The notes beneath the pieces were generated by a model that was not told the origin of the DNA, did no database searches, and worked only from the letters and a program-made list of their open reading frames with translations. Below, one piece after another: positions 21,383-32,995 of a stretch of 64,000 bases of DNA. Each line of letters opens with the position of its first letter. The first letter of the stretch is position 1. Source of the DNA: Nostoc sp. (GTDB lineage Bacteria; Cyanobacteriota; Cyanobacteriia; Cyanobacteriales; Nostocaceae); the NCBI GenBank assembly GCA_036918135.1, contig JBALDB010000056.1, forward strand, positions 64,001-128,000, written 5' to 3'. Made by a program: the position numbers and the translations under genes.

Positions 21383-21778
21383 ATGTCTCGACAAAAACGT
21401 AGTTCCCGGATTCTAGAAAAAGCTCAGTTTAGAGTTGCCGGATTGAAAGCTATCGATCCAAATATTAATTTTGATGATACTTATAACTTGCGAAACTTGA
21501 CTCAATTAATAGAAAACTTTCACAATATGCTTGATAATTATAATGCTGATATAGCTATGATTGACTCTTCTAGAAAAAAGCTGGATGAGATGGAAAAAAC
21601 CTTAGGTCACGTTTCAGACAAAATGCTGACATGGGTTGGTTGTAAGTATGGTAAAAACAGCAATGAATATGAACTTGCAGGTGGTGTTCGAGACAGCGAA
21701 CGTATCCGTAAAAGCAGATTGACACGCTTAAAATCTAACATAGATAAAACATCAGATGAAAATGCTGTAACCGCCTAG
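21383..21778 (+). CDS. Conserved hypothetical helical protein
   Basis: MSRQKRSSRILEKA...KYGKNSNEYELAGGVR motif, a family I recall from cyanobacteria. Confidence 0.7.
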   Translation: MSRQKRSSRILEKAQFRVAGLKAIDPNINFDDTYNLRNLTQLIENFHNMLDNYNADIAMIDSSRKKLDEMEKTLGHVSDKMLTWVGCKYGKNSNEYELAGGVRDSERIRKSRLTRLKSNIDKTSDENAVTA

Positions 21779-21793
21779 TACCGCTACGCAAAA

Positions 21794-21821
21794 GTAGAGA
21801 CGCGATTAATCGCGTCTCTAC
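21794..21821. repeat. Perfect 28-bp palindromic REP-like element, copy 3
   Basis: GTAGAGACGCGATTAATCGCGTCTCTAC. Confidence 0.8.
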
Positions 21822-22003
21822 AAAAGTCAAAAGGCTTATATAATCTGCATTTAACTTTTTTAAAATGGTATTTGTAAAAATTTAAGGTGTCCAGATAGCC
21901 GACTTATCAAAAAAGTCGGCTATCTATTCGATCGCGAATAATTTAGTACTGCTATATAATAAGACTTTGCATTAACCTATAACTTCCGAAATCTTAAAAT
22001 TGA

Positions 22004-22900
22004 ATGACCCGGTTCATACATGATAAATTTGCCAAAGACTATCTTGAAGAATTGCTAAAAGACTACGGAGAAGTCAAAGCATCAGAAAAAGTCTCAGGAG
22101 AGATTAAAGAAATAGATGTTTTCTTCACCCCTGCCAAACAGCAAAGCTCTAATTTAGAAATACTAGGTTTGCTAGGAAGATTTACGGAACATTCTGCACT
22201 CATAAAACTCTTCCGTAATCCAGCTTCTAACGATGAAATATGCGACTGTATTCTAAAATTATTAGAAGTAAAGGCTCTTTGACGACGAGAATCTAAAACC
22301 AATAAAACCAAACTTCAGGACTCGGAAATCCCTAAATTGTGGATTCTGACACCTACCGTATCTGAAACTAGGTTGTCTAGTTTTGGAACTATGCAACAAG
22401 CAGGTTGGTTACCAGGAGTACATTTTCTGCCAGATGCCTTGCGGACAGCAATTGTAGCAATACATCAACTCTCGCCAACACCGGAGACTTTATGGTTGAG
22501 ACTTTTGGGTAGAGGAAGCGTGCAGGCACAAGCAATTATTGAGTTGCAGGCCTTACCATTAGATCATCCATATCAAAAAGCAACCCTGGAATTAGTTTAC
22601 AACTTGCGTGAAAATTTAAGAGTAAATCAAGAGTTAGAAGCAGATGATAGGGAGTTAATTATGCGACTAGAACCACTTTATCAAAGAGACAGAGAACAAG
22701 CCAAAGAAGAAGGAAGACAAGAAGGAGAAAGAGACTTAATACTGTGTCTACTCAATCGCCGTATTGGTGAAATTGATGCGTTATTAATCGAGCGAATTTC
22801 AGAATTATCGATTGACAAATTAGAAAACTTAGGAGAGGTGTTATTAGATTTTTCTAATATTGCTGATTTAAAAGCTTGGTTAAACCAACAATCAGAATAA
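22004..22900 (+). pseudogene. Rpn-like/DUF4351 protein interrupted by one in-frame TGA (22280-22282)
   Basis: ORFs 22004 and 22337 are in the same frame; HDKFAKDYL N-terminus and LNRRIG...LENLGE.LLDF...DL.AWL C-terminus. Confidence 0.8.
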
Positions 22901-23136
22901 ATTATCACTAAATTAATTAATTTATAACCAAGTTGGAGTTTACAGCAACACTAAACAAGTTTGTTCGTAGTCTATAAAAAGTTAAAAATATTTGATTGAC
23001 GAAAACTAAACTTTAAGTATAAAACTAAAAGGCTAATAAGAGATTACCAGTAAGGCTTTCACTCATAAAAATAAGGTAAACTTTTATAGCTAACCCCTGC
23101 CTAAAAATATTTCATAATTAAAGGTAGAACATCCCA

Positions 23137-25782
23137 ATGGAGAATATAAAAATGCTAGAACAATACCGTCAACATGTTGCGGAACGCGCCCAACTCGGTA
23201 TTCCCCCTTTACCATTGGATGCGAAGCAAACCTCAGAATTATGTGAATTACTGAAGAATCCGCCCAAAGGTGAAAAAGATAGATTATTGCATTTATTAAG
23301 CGATCGCGTCCCTCCTGGTGTTGATGCAGCCGCTTATGTAAAAGCTGGATTTCTCACCGCTATTGCCAAGGAAGAAATTACCAGTCCTTTGATTTCGCCT
23401 ATAGAAGCGGTGCAATTGCTGGGCACAATGGTAGGCGGTTATAATGTGCAAGCTTTAATTGATTTGCTGCAATTGCCCACTGTATCTGTATCAGATTCTT
23501 CCGAAACACCTCTGGTAATGGGAGGACAAGGAAAGGAACCCATCGCCGCTTACGCTGCCAATGCCTTGAGTAAAATCCTCTTAGTGTATGATGCTTTCCA
23601 TGATGTTTTGGAATTGTCGAAAACCAATCCTTTTGCTAAGCAGGTAATTGACTCTTGGGCGGAAGCTGAGTGGTTTACTGTTCGCCCGACTGTACCAGAA
23701 GCGATTACTGTTACCGTTTTTAAAGTTCCTGGCGAAACCAACACTGATGACTTATCCCCTGCCCAAAGCGCCACAACTCGCCCAGATATTCCCTTACACG
23801 CCCTAGTGATGTTAGAGTCACGCCAACCGGGAAGTTTACAAACCATTGCCGAACTGAAAAAGCAAGGACATCCTGTAGCTTACGTGGGAGATGTGGTTGG
23901 TACGGGTTCCTCCCGGAAATCTGCTATCAATTCGGTGTTGTGGCACATGGGAAATAATATACCTTTTGTGCCCAATAAACGCGCTGGGGGATATATTTTA
24001 GGTAGTGCGATCGCGCCTATCTTCTTTAACACAGCTGAAGATGCCGGTGCTTTGCCTATCCAGTGCGATGTCACCAAACTAGAAACTGGCATGGTAATTA
24101 CCATCCATCCTTACAAAGGCGAAATCACAAACCAAGCAGGCGAAGTTATTTCTACCTTCAGCCTCAAACCAGATACCATCCTCGATGAAGTCCGCGCAGG
24201 TGGACGCATCCCCCTACTTATCGGGCGTACCCTCACCGATAAAACCCGCCAAGCACTCGGTTTAGAACCCAGCACCGTTTTTATCCGTCCCCAACAACCA
24301 AGCGATACAGGCAAAGGCTACACCCTAGCCCAAAAAATCGTCGGTAAAGCTTGCGGATTAGCTGGTGTGCGTCCTGGTACATCTTGCGAACCAATCATGA
24401 CTACCGTTGGTTCCCAGGATACCACAGGCCCTATGACCCGCGACGAATTGAAAGAACTCGCTTGTTTGGGTTTCAGTGCAGACTTAGTAATGCAGAGTTT
24501 TTGTCACACAGCAGCTTATCCCAAACCAGTAGACATTAAAACTCACCACGAACTCCCCGACTTCTTCGCCCAACGTGGCGGTGTCGCCTTGCGTCCCGGT
24601 GATGGTATTATCCACTCTTGGTTAAACCGGATGCTGCTACCCGACACCGTGGGAACTGGCGGCGACTCCCACACCCGTTTTCCCTTAGGAATTTCCTTCC
24701 CTGCCGGTTCTGGGTTAGTGGCGTTTGCTGCGGCGTTGGGCGTCATGCCTCTGGATATGCCAGAGTCAGTTTTGGTAAGATTCAAAGGTGAATTACAACC
24801 CGGTGTCACCCTGCGAGATATTGTGAATGCCATTCCCTACGTTGCAATTCAAAAAGGTTTGCTAACAGTCGAAAAGCAAAACAAGAAAAATGTCTTCTCT
24901 GGGCGAATTTTAGAAATTGAAGGTTTGCCAGATTTAAAAGTGGAACAAGCCTTTGAACTCGCCGACGCAACCGCTGAACGTTCATGTGCGGGTTCTACCA
25001 TTAAGCTGAGTGTAGAGACAATTTCTGAATATCTGCGTTCTAACGTCGCACTTTTGAAAAACATGATTGCGCGGGGCTATCACGATGCGCGTACCATTCT
25101 CCGCCGCATTGCCAAAATGGAAGAATGGTTAGCAAATCCCGTGTTATTAGCAGCCGATACGGATGCGGAGTATGCCGAAATTATTGAAATTGATTTGAAC
25201 GAAATCAAAGAACCAATTGTTGCTGCTCCCAATGACCCCGATAATGTTAAATTATTATCGTCAGTTGCTAATGACCCAGTGCAAGAAGTATTCGTCGGTT
25301 CATGTATGACGAATATCGGTCATTATCGGGCAACAGCGAAAGTTTTGGAAGGTGCTGGTGAAGTAAAAACCCGCCTGTGGATAGCACCACCAACCCGCAT
25401 GGATGAACATCAATTAAAAGAAGAAGGAATGTATGCGATTTTTGGGGCTGCGGGTGCAAGGACAGAAATGGCAGGATGCAGTTTGTGTATGGGAAATCAG
25501 GCGCGAGTTGCTGATGCTACAACAGTGTTTTCAACCTCTACCCGCAACTTTAATAATCGCATGGGTAAAGATGCGCGAGTGTATCTTGGTTCAGCAGAAT
25601 TAGCCGCAGTTTGTGCGCTGTTAGGACGCATTCCCACTGTGCAGGAATATTTAGATATTGTGGCGAAGAAGATTAATCCTTTTGCTGATGATTTGTATCG
25701 CTATTTGAACTTCGATCAAATCGTTGGTTTTGAAGACGAAGGGCGAGTGATTTCAAAAGAAGAACAAGCTTTGTTGGTCTAA
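23137..25782 (+). CDS. acnB: Aconitate hydratase B
   Basis: [67 protein letters not shown]. Confidence 0.97.
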   Translation: MENIKMLEQYRQHVAERAQLGIPPLPLDAKQTSELCELLKNPPKGEKDRLLHLLSDRVPPGVDAAAYVKAGFLTAIAKEEITSPLISPIEAVQLLGTMVGGYNVQALIDLLQLPTVSVSDSSETPLVMGGQGKEPIAAYAANALSKILLVYDAFHDVLELSKTNPFAKQVIDSWAEAEWFTVRPTVPEAITVTVFKVPGETNTDDLSPAQSATTRPDIPLHALVMLESRQPGSLQTIAELKKQGHPVAYVGDVVGTGSSRKSAINSVLWHMGNNIPFVPNKRAGGYILGSAIAPIFFNTAEDAGALPIQCDVTKLETGMVITIHPYKGEITNQAGEVISTFSLKPDTILDEVRAGGRIPLLIGRTLTDKTRQALGLEPSTVFIRPQQPSDTGKGYTLAQKIVGKACGLAGVRPGTSCEPIMTTVGSQDTTGPMTRDELKELACLGFSADLVMQSFCHTAAYPKPVDIKTHHELPDFFAQRGGVALRPGDGIIHSWLNRMLLPDTVGTGGDSHTRFPLGISFPAGSGLVAFAAALGVMPLDMPESVLVRFKGELQPGVTLRDIVNAIPYVAIQKGLLTVEKQNKKNVFSGRILEIEGLPDLKVEQAFELADATAERSCAGSTIKLSVETISEYLRSNVALLKNMIARGYHDARTILRRIAKMEEWLANPVLLAADTDAEYAEIIEIDLNEIKEPIVAAPNDPDNVKLLSSVANDPVQEVFVGSCMTNIGHYRATAKVLEGAGEVKTRLWIAPPTRMDEHQLKEEGMYAIFGAAGARTEMAGCSLCMGNQARVADATTVFSTSTRNFNNRMGKDARVYLGSAELAAVCALLGRIPTVQEYLDIVAKKINPFADDLYRYLNFDQIVGFEDEGRVISKEEQALLV

Positions 25783-25790
25783 TCTAAATT

Positions 25791-25814
25791 AAGGTGGGCT
25801 TTTTGGCTCACCTT
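25791..25814 (+). terminator. Putative terminator hairpin after acnB
   Basis: AAGGTGGGC-TTTTTG-GCTCACCTT. Confidence 0.5.
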
Positions 25815-25853
25815 CACTTTAAATGTATAGTATTGGAGAACTAATAAAATCAT

Positions 25854-26306
25854 ATGGATGCTTTATCTGTCAATACCCAAAATCTATACAACCGAGACTT
25901 TTATTTATGGATACAAACAATCGTCCAGCAGTTAAAGGAACATAAATTTGATGAACTAGATATACATAATTTAATTGAAGAAGTTGAAAGTACGGGGAGA
26001 AGTGAAAAACGTGAATTAAAAAGTCGATTTGTCGTACTATTAATACACTTAATTAAATGGCAATATCAGCCGGAAAAACGAAGTGAAAGTTGGCGCAGTA
26101 CCATTTCTGAACAACGTATCTGTATTGAACTATTATTAGAAGATAGCCCTAGTTTACAACCTTTAATTGCAGAAGTATTTGAAGATTGTTATCAAAAAGC
26201 TCGTCTCAAAGCATCTGACGAAACAGGCATTAAATTAAATTTTTTTCCTAAAGAATCTCCTTTTACTTTAGAAGAAACTCTTAATAATTATTTCTTAAGT
26301 AAATAA
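25854..26306 (+). CDS. DUF29 family protein
   Basis: LYNRDFYLW, LD..NLIEE.ES.GRSEKREL, HLIKWQYQ, SW..TI.EQR, DSPSL. Confidence 0.9.
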   Translation: MDALSVNTQNLYNRDFYLWIQTIVQQLKEHKFDELDIHNLIEEVESTGRSEKRELKSRFVVLLIHLIKWQYQPEKRSESWRSTISEQRICIELLLEDSPSLQPLIAEVFEDCYQKARLKASDETGIKLNFFPKESPFTLEETLNNYFLSK

Positions 26307-26400
26307 TTAAAAGAGGTTGGGTACTGCCCACCTGAAACTATAATTTTAATAAATAAAAGCTGATGGTTTTTTATACATACCTTTTGGATTTATTTAATTC

Positions 26401-26652
26401 ATACCAGCAAAAGATCTATACCATGATGTTGTTAAACAAGCACTAATTAAAGATGGCTGGAAACAAGGAAAGAGAGTTAAAGGAATTTCTGTTTATACTC
26501 GTATTAAGAATAACAAGATTTACATTGAAGAAGATTGGACTGAGGAAGGAATAGCAACTGAGTTAATACGGTTAGGTGTTCTGGCTAATGATATTGTGCT
26601 AGCTTCTCAGCCAACAGAGGTGAGACAATACACCGATTTTGCAAAAGCTTAA
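26401..26652 (+). pseudogene. XisH N-terminus fused in frame to XisI C-terminus (deletion remnant; start codon now ATA)
   Basis: (I)[82 protein letters not shown]. Confidence 0.75.
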
Positions 26653-26850
26653 AATATGAGCTAATAATAATTGCTTTAACTTACTGATAGGCTTATAAGA
26701 ATACATTAACACAGCCCGCAATTTCGGGCTTTTTTAATTTATGTCTTTTTCCGAATTATTACTGATGTCGATGTTTTTAGATAAGCAATAATCTGAATTT
26801 AAGGCTTGTTTGCCAGCAAATTTATACAATTTTTATTTTAGGCATAATAA

Positions 26851-28739
26851 ATGTCAACACTATTACCTTCTGAAGAAAATATTACAAGACTCAAGGTTCA
26901 ACCAACGTTAGGAGAAAAACATTTACTCTCTTTTTTAAAAGACCTTCTCCCTAACAATTATGAAATATACTATCAACCCTTTTTGAATGGAGATAGACCA
27001 GATATTATTATCATGCGAAAGAATTTTAAGGTCATGCTCATAGAAGTTAAAGACTGGGATTTAGATTCTTACTACATAGATCCTAATAAAAAATTGAGAT
27101 TAAAACATAATAATTCAATTATTAAATCACCTATTGAGCAGGTCAAAGCTTACAAAGATAATTTATATAATTTGCATATTGAGAACTTACTTGAAAAAAA
27201 ATGGATAATCATAAATTTTTTGGTATTGTTTCTTGTGCAATTTACTTTCACAATCAAAATCAAGAGACATTAAGAAGTTTTATAGAAAATGCTTTTGAAT
27301 CGGAAAATGATAAAAATTTCATAAAAATCTTTGGTTATGACTCTATAAATATTCAAAAATTTAGGGTTATTCTTAGCGAACAAGGGCTTTATAGCCCATC
27401 ATCACATTTTGATGATGAAATATACAATAGTTTCAAGCGCTATCTTCAACCACCACTCCATACTTTGGAAGAAGGAATAATAATTAATTTTAACGCGCAA
27501 CAAAAAAGATTAGTAAAAAGTGAGGCTACTATTGCAGGAAGAAAGATTAAAGGAGTGGCTGGTTCTGGCAAAACACAGATATTGGCACAAAGAGCAGTTA
27601 ATGCACATAAAAGAACTGGTAGTAAAGTTTTAATTTTGACTTATAATATAACTCTTAAAAATTATATTCACGATAAAATCAGTGATGTAAAAGAAGAATT
27701 TAGTTGGGATGGCTTCTATATAACTAATTATCATAATTTTTTGAAAGCAGAATTCAATAATTTAGGTATAGAAATTGAGATTCCACGAAACTTCAAAAAT
27801 TGGACTAATCAGCAAAAAAGAGATTATTTTGAGAGCAAGTACTACTCAAATAAAGAAATATTTGAACAAGTGAAAAATAAAATAATCAAGTATAAAGCTA
27901 TTTTAATAGATGAACTTCAAGATTATAAAGAAGAATGGCAACAAATAATAAGAAAATATTTTTGGGATGAAAGTGGTGAATATGTAGTATTTGGTGATGT
28001 TAAGCAAAATATTTATCACAGACCATTAGATGAATATCATGATTTCAAAGCAGTAGGTATACCTAGTGAATGGAATGTTCTTAATAAATCATTTAGACTG
28101 AACACTAAAATAGCAAATATAGCCTTGGCTTTTCAAAGATATTTTTTTACTGACAAGTATCAACTAGATCAAATCATGACAACTCATTTACAGCCCAGTA
28201 TTTTCGAGCTAGAGGAATATTATCAATATGCTTACTATGAGAAATCAACTCCTATAACAAAGATAGTTGATGATATTTTTTCATTAATATTAAAATTAGG
28301 TAAACATCCCAATGATATTGGTTTTTTATCATCACAAATAGAAATTTTAAGAGAAATAGATTATTTAATTAGAACTAAAAAACATGAAAAAACTCAGAAA
28401 ATGTTTGAAAACAAGGAGATGTATGACAAACTCAAAAGCAATAGTAGCAATTTTGAAAGCGATATAAATAAAATTAGAGACAATAAAAAATTTAATTTTT
28501 GGAGCAATGCTGGATGTATAAAAATATCTACTATTCATAGTTTTAAAGGTTGGGAAATAAATACACTTTTTCTAATTATTGAGGCTGGTGATAATGAAAA
28601 TAACACACATGAGGGTTCAATAGATGAATTAGTATATACTGGTTTTACAAGATGTAGACATAATTTGATAATAATTAATATTGCAAATTCTCGATATCAC
28701 ATTTTCTTTAAAGAACTTATTGATGATCATTTATTTTAA
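26851..28739 (+). pseudogene. NERD nuclease + SF1 (UvrD-like) helicase split by a frameshift at an A8 run (27194-27201)
   Basis: ORF1 NERD motifs RPDIII, IEVKDW, SPIEQV; ORF2 GVAGSGKT, IDELQD, GDVKQNIY, STIHSFKGWE, YTGFTR; one extra A joins them. Confidence 0.8.
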
Positions 28740-28988
28740 AATCTACGAAATGATTAGGATAATAAAGCGCTATCGCACTCTTAATTCTTAGATGGGTAAA
28801 CGTAGCCCGTCGTAAACATCAGTCATTGGTTTGCGCGAAACTGTAACCAATACTGTTCACACACTTTATAAAATGGGTTTTGCTGAGATTAATGAATGAA
28901 GTCCACTTTTACCTGCTTCTGAACCAGGAAAAGTGATGAAGATTTTAACCCGCAGCGTTCCCATAGACTAACAATTGTATTTGTAATA

Positions 28989-29021
28989 TTATGGAGCGAT
29001 GTCTACGATATCGCTCCATAA
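28989..29021. terminator. Hairpin downstream of the TPR gene
   Basis: TTATGGAGCGAT-9 nt loop-ATCGCTCCATAA perfect 12-bp stem. Confidence 0.55.
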
Positions 29022-29067
29022 ATTCTTAACAAAGAATATTCTGAATTTAGCCAGAAAAACTTGATAG

Positions 29068-31041
29068 CTATCTCTTGCTCAGACTAGATAAACTTTCCTC
29101 TACCTCAGCACGATCGCTTGCATCGGGATTGAGCCGAAGATAAGTCTGGAGGTCGGCAGATGCAGCATCAGATTGACCTAAACTAATTAATACGATCGCC
29201 CGATTTTGATAGAAGTCTGGATTATCTGGTAATAAAGCGATCGCAGCTGATAAATCGCTCAAAGCTTCTGGTAGTTGTCCGAGTTCGTAGTGAAGTGTGG
29301 CTCGATTTGCTAATAATAAAGGTTGCTGTGAATTTAAAGCAAGTGCCGCATTATAATCTAATAAAGCTGCTTCCAGATGTCCCCACGCTTCAAATGCTTG
29401 AGCGCGACCAATTAATGCTGGAGTTAGAGTAGGTTCTAAATCAAGAGCAACTGAATAAGCCTTAGTTGCTTCTTCGAGTAGACCTTTTGAGTAATAGCAA
29501 TGTCCGATATTCATCCATACTTCATAGTATGGTGGGCTAAGCTCAATAGCTTGCTGGTAATCGTTCAAAGCATTTTCTAAAAGACCGAGGCGTTGGTAAA
29601 CATTACCGCGATCGTTGTAGTACTCTGAGTAGTTTGGATCGGCGGCGATGGCAGCTGTAAAATAAATCACAGCTTCTTCTAATTCACCCATTGCTGCGTA
29701 AACTTGAGCAATGTTATAGTCCAAAACTGAGCGATGTAATCGATGTTGACCTTCACTCAAATGATTTTTGAACTCTTCAATTGCAGACTTACAAAGTGCG
29801 ATTGCTTCTTCAGGAAAACCTTGACGGTGTTTAACAAGTGCTAAACCGTTCATATCAAAAGCAGTCATAAAATGCCTATCATCAGCTGGAATATCCGAAG
29901 TTGATTCTGCTAAGATACTCAGACTGCGATTGAGATAATCTTCAGCTAAAGCATGGTCATGTTCTGGTAAAAACCGAGTATGGAACATTGCCATTATGTA
30001 ATAAGCTCGAACTAATTGCGCTGGTGCATCAAGTTTGAGGAGAGCTTCTTCTTGAACAATTTGATATGCCTTCGTAATATTTCCTGTTGTTGCATAGCAG
30101 TTAAAAAGATTCCCAACCATATTCCAGCGCATGTTATTGTCTTTTCCACAAAGACGCTCAAGTTGAGTAGCAACAGGTTCGCAATATACTAACGCATCTT
30201 CATAAAAACCTTGGTGATTATAAATTCCCAAGAGTCTTGCTTGCCAAATCAATGCTTTTTCAGGTTCGTCAGTTTGTAACCAACAGGAAATTAGTCGCGG
30301 CCCGTGAATTTCAAGTTCAATAGGATCTCTACCAATTTGTTCTTCCAACTTTTGCGCCAGTTGGGACATTCTTTCGGAGAAAATTACTACTTCTGGTTCG
30401 GGTGGTAATTGTAAGCTAATCTTTTGTGCCAAAAACTGATGATTTAAGTGAGTAATGGCAGTTTCACCCCTATTAGGAGCAGTAGCAAAAAGTAAACTTA
30501 AGTTTAATTTTTCTCCCCGACGACGAATGAGTTCAGCAAAAAAGCGACGTACTAAAAATCCTGCTCGCTCATAATTATTACAAGCAACCAACCAAGGAGA
30601 ACCATCGGTGTAATCATACCAGGAATCTAGTAAATTGATTACCCCATGTATGATTCTATAAGCTCGGTCTAAAGGATAATTACGAACCCTTTCATCATCC
30701 ACAGAACTGTCTGTTAAATTCGGGTTTTTTACCGATATTTGACGCCTTAATGCAGGCAGAATCATTGCTAATTCATAGCTATGTTTGTCAATCAGATGTG
30801 GTGCTTTTGCTTGAATATCTGGTAAAAGTTGATTTAGCCATTGATTTAATCCAGCCCATAACCCATCTTCTTGGGGATTAAATGATAGTAGCCAAGTTTT
30901 TGCTTTATTTTCTTGACCTACCTGTAACCATTGCTGCAAAATTTCTAACCTAGAACTACCCGATTCTGCCTCTAGCAAAATCACCTTACCTATTTCTGGT
31001 TGTTGTAAAATAGCTTGTTCGAGAGTATTGTGGCGCTTCAT
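29068..31041 (-). CDS. TPR protein with an N-terminal degenerate P-loop/STAND-like domain
   Basis: C-terminal TPRs (YNIAQVY, YNDRGNVY, NIGHCY, NRATLHY, NRAIVL); N-terminal VILLEAESGSSR resembles a decayed Walker A. Confidence 0.85.
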   Translation of the reverse strand: MKRHNTLEQAILQQPEIGKVILLEAESGSSRLEILQQWLQVGQENKAKTWLLSFNPQEDGLWAGLNQWLNQLLPDIQAKAPHLIDKHSYELAMILPALRRQISVKNPNLTDSSVDDERVRNYPLDRAYRIIHGVINLLDSWYDYTDGSPWLVACNNYERAGFLVRRFFAELIRRRGEKLNLSLLFATAPNRGETAITHLNHQFLAQKISLQLPPEPEVVIFSERMSQLAQKLEEQIGRDPIELEIHGPRLISCWLQTDEPEKALIWQARLLGIYNHQGFYEDALVYCEPVATQLERLCGKDNNMRWNMVGNLFNCYATTGNITKAYQIVQEEALLKLDAPAQLVRAYYIMAMFHTRFLPEHDHALAEDYLNRSLSILAESTSDIPADDRHFMTAFDMNGLALVKHRQGFPEEAIALCKSAIEEFKNHLSEGQHRLHRSVLDYNIAQVYAAMGELEEAVIYFTAAIAADPNYSEYYNDRGNVYQRLGLLENALNDYQQAIELSPPYYEVWMNIGHCYYSKGLLEEATKAYSVALDLEPTLTPALIGRAQAFEAWGHLEAALLDYNAALALNSQQPLLLANRATLHYELGQLPEALSDLSAAIALLPDNPDFYQNRAIVLISLGQSDAASADLQTYLRLNPDASDRAEVEESLSSLSKR

Positions 31042-31044
31042 AAT

Positions 31045-32271
31045 TTATCTCCTTTTAGTAAGACGTAAACTGTTAATCCAAAGAAAAATACCAATACCTT
31101 GAATTCCAAAAACTAGCAATCCCATTACTAAGGCATCGGTGAAGGCATAAGGATTAGATTGATACCCTGCACTCAACGTGCCTAAAAGTAAGGAAGCATA
31201 ATTCCACATGGTTGGAATACCGATGAAAAACAACGACCAAAATGCAGCGATGTGACCTAAAATGTAGACAACTGCGTAACAGCGAATCACTCGCATCTCG
31301 CCTTTAGGAATAGACGATTGGTCAGTGGGATGAGAAAATCTGAGTAATCGAAATATTTGGTTTTGTAGGAAAACCTTTGTATCCTTCATCAGACTTCTAC
31401 ATCTAAAAAAATTCGCAATTACGTAGTAAAAATCAGTCCGAACAAAGAAATAGCATTGCCAAAGTAAACCAAGTAGATAACTTAAAGCGATCGCTTGCAT
31501 TAGCTGTGAAACAATGGGGGATATTACTACCCATTTTTCTTGTTGAGCAAATAAAATCAATAGTAAAACAGAAGTTAATACAACATCTAGCAATGGCCCT
31601 GCAAGAAAAGGTAAATACCGCTGATTTCGTGGGACGCCCCATATCCCAGTCATATCTGTTTCTGCTACAAGTATCCAAAGGCGATTGCTTAACCTTAATT
31701 GACAAGAAACACCCACTGCTTTAGCAGCAACTAAATGAGCCATCTCATGTAGAAATACTGCGACAACATTAATTCCGGTTAAAATTAACGTCATCAAAGT
31801 GACATTTTTTGTAAATACAAAGGCTTGATAACCTGGCATAATTGCAGGTTTAAAGATAACAGCGACTAAAGCTAATAATATGACTAATGCATAACTAATT
31901 AATACTTTATAGCTAAATAACTGTTTTGCAGAAGATTGGGAAATCCAAGTGAAGTGATTTTTTTGCTTTGGTTGCTTAGTATATGTTGGTAAAACTGTTT
32001 GTTTAGAAGATAGAATATTAACAAAATCGTTTGCTTCTAAAACCTCTAGCAGACCTTCAATATCTGGTAATTCATTATACTTTTTTTGGTAAAGTGATTG
32101 TGCTTGTCCAATAGTTTTCCCAGCAGCTAAATAGTCCAGTAACTCTATTGCATCAGAGGGTAATGCTAGAAAAATATTAGTATCTACTCTACCAATGATG
32201 AATTCATCTCCTTCAGATTGGCGAGTAAATGGATAAATAGAAACTAGAGCATCGGCAGGATATCTTGTCAC
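31045..32271 (-). CDS. M50/site-2-type membrane zinc metalloprotease with an N-terminal PqqD/RRE-like domain
   Basis: FLHEMAH (HExxH within a TM), LAGPLLD, FFVRTDFYY; the first ~85 aa show a three-strand/three-helix pattern. Confidence 0.8.
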   Translation of the reverse strand: MTRYPADALVSIYPFTRQSEGDEFIIGRVDTNIFLALPSDAIELLDYLAAGKTIGQAQSLYQKKYNELPDIEGLLEVLEANDFVNILSSKQTVLPTYTKQPKQKNHFTWISQSSAKQLFSYKVLISYALVILLALVAVIFKPAIMPGYQAFVFTKNVTLMTLILTGINVVAVFLHEMAHLVAAKAVGVSCQLRLSNRLWILVAETDMTGIWGVPRNQRYLPFLAGPLLDVVLTSVLLLILFAQQEKWVVISPIVSQLMQAIALSYLLGLLWQCYFFVRTDFYYVIANFFRCRSLMKDTKVFLQNQIFRLLRFSHPTDQSSIPKGEMRVIRCYAVVYILGHIAAFWSLFFIGIPTMWNYASLLLGTLSAGYQSNPYAFTDALVMGLLVFGIQGIGIFLWINSLRLTKRR

Positions 32272-32415
32272 GTCAAGTTTCCTTGCTAATATAGTGTTGT
32301 AATAATTTTAAATTGAAGAGTTAAAACTCAGGAGTTAGAATCAATATACTTCTTCCAAAACTTCTAATTTTAAACTCTTTCTCGGTGGCTGGGCGTGAAA
32401 TAAAAAATCTTTATT

Positions 32416-32447
32416 AATTAGTGGGGGTTTATAACCCACCACTAATT
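32416..32447. terminator. Hairpin between the peptide array and the protease gene
   Basis: AATTAGTGG...CCACTAATT inverted repeat; a second inverted repeat TGAACTA...TAGTTCA at 32474-32511. Confidence 0.45.
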
Positions 32448-32524
32448 TCAGGAAAAGTATGTAGCTAGCTCACTGAACTACTTAAATATAAAACTGAAAT
32501 TAAATAGTTCATTGATTTTTTTGC

Positions 32525-32647
32525 TTACCAGCAATTACTACATATCCAGCAGACATAAGCCGCTGCTCTGGTTGTTCTGAGTGTTTCCACTTCACGAATC
32601 ACAAATTTCTTCATTGTCTTGGATTGAATAGCTTCTACAGTTTTCAT
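32525..32647 (-). CDS. Putative precursor peptide, copy A (40 aa)
   Basis: MKTVEAIQSKTMKKFVIREVETLRTTRAAAYVCWICSNCW*. Confidence 0.88.
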   Translation of the reverse strand: MKTVEAIQSKTMKKFVIREVETLRTTRAAAYVCWICSNCW

Positions 32648-32759
32648 TGTTTTTTCTTTCGTTTAATGTTTGTTTGGGGCAATATCTGCTACCCTTATGT
32701 TTATGAATATAGAGAACAATCGGGTAAAACTAGGGAAGTAATTGAATGAATTTCAGAAG

Positions 32760-32882
32760 TTACCAGCAATTACTGCATATCCAACAAACATAAGCCGCTG
32801 CTCTGGTTGTTCTAAGTGTTTCCACTTCACGAATCACAAATTTCTTCATTGTCTTAGGTTGAATAGTTTCTACAGTTTTCAT
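32760..32882 (-). CDS. Putative precursor peptide, copy B (40 aa)
   Basis: MKTVETIQPKTMKKFVIREVETLRTTRAAAYVCWICSNCW*; AAGGA upstream of ATG. Confidence 0.88.
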   Translation of the reverse strand: MKTVETIQPKTMKKFVIREVETLRTTRAAAYVCWICSNCW

Positions 32883-32995
32883 TGTTTTGTCCTTGTTTTG
32901 AGGTTTGTTTTGGGCAATGTTTTCTGCCCTTGTATTTATGAATATAGAGAGCGATCGGGTAAAATTAGGGGAGCCGATTGAATGAATTTCAGAAG

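Noticed and set aside
32742..32981. 79-aa plus-strand ORF in the ORF track
   Set aside because: Antisense shadow of peptide copy B; changes that are silent on the minus strand alter it, and it is not reported for the other units.
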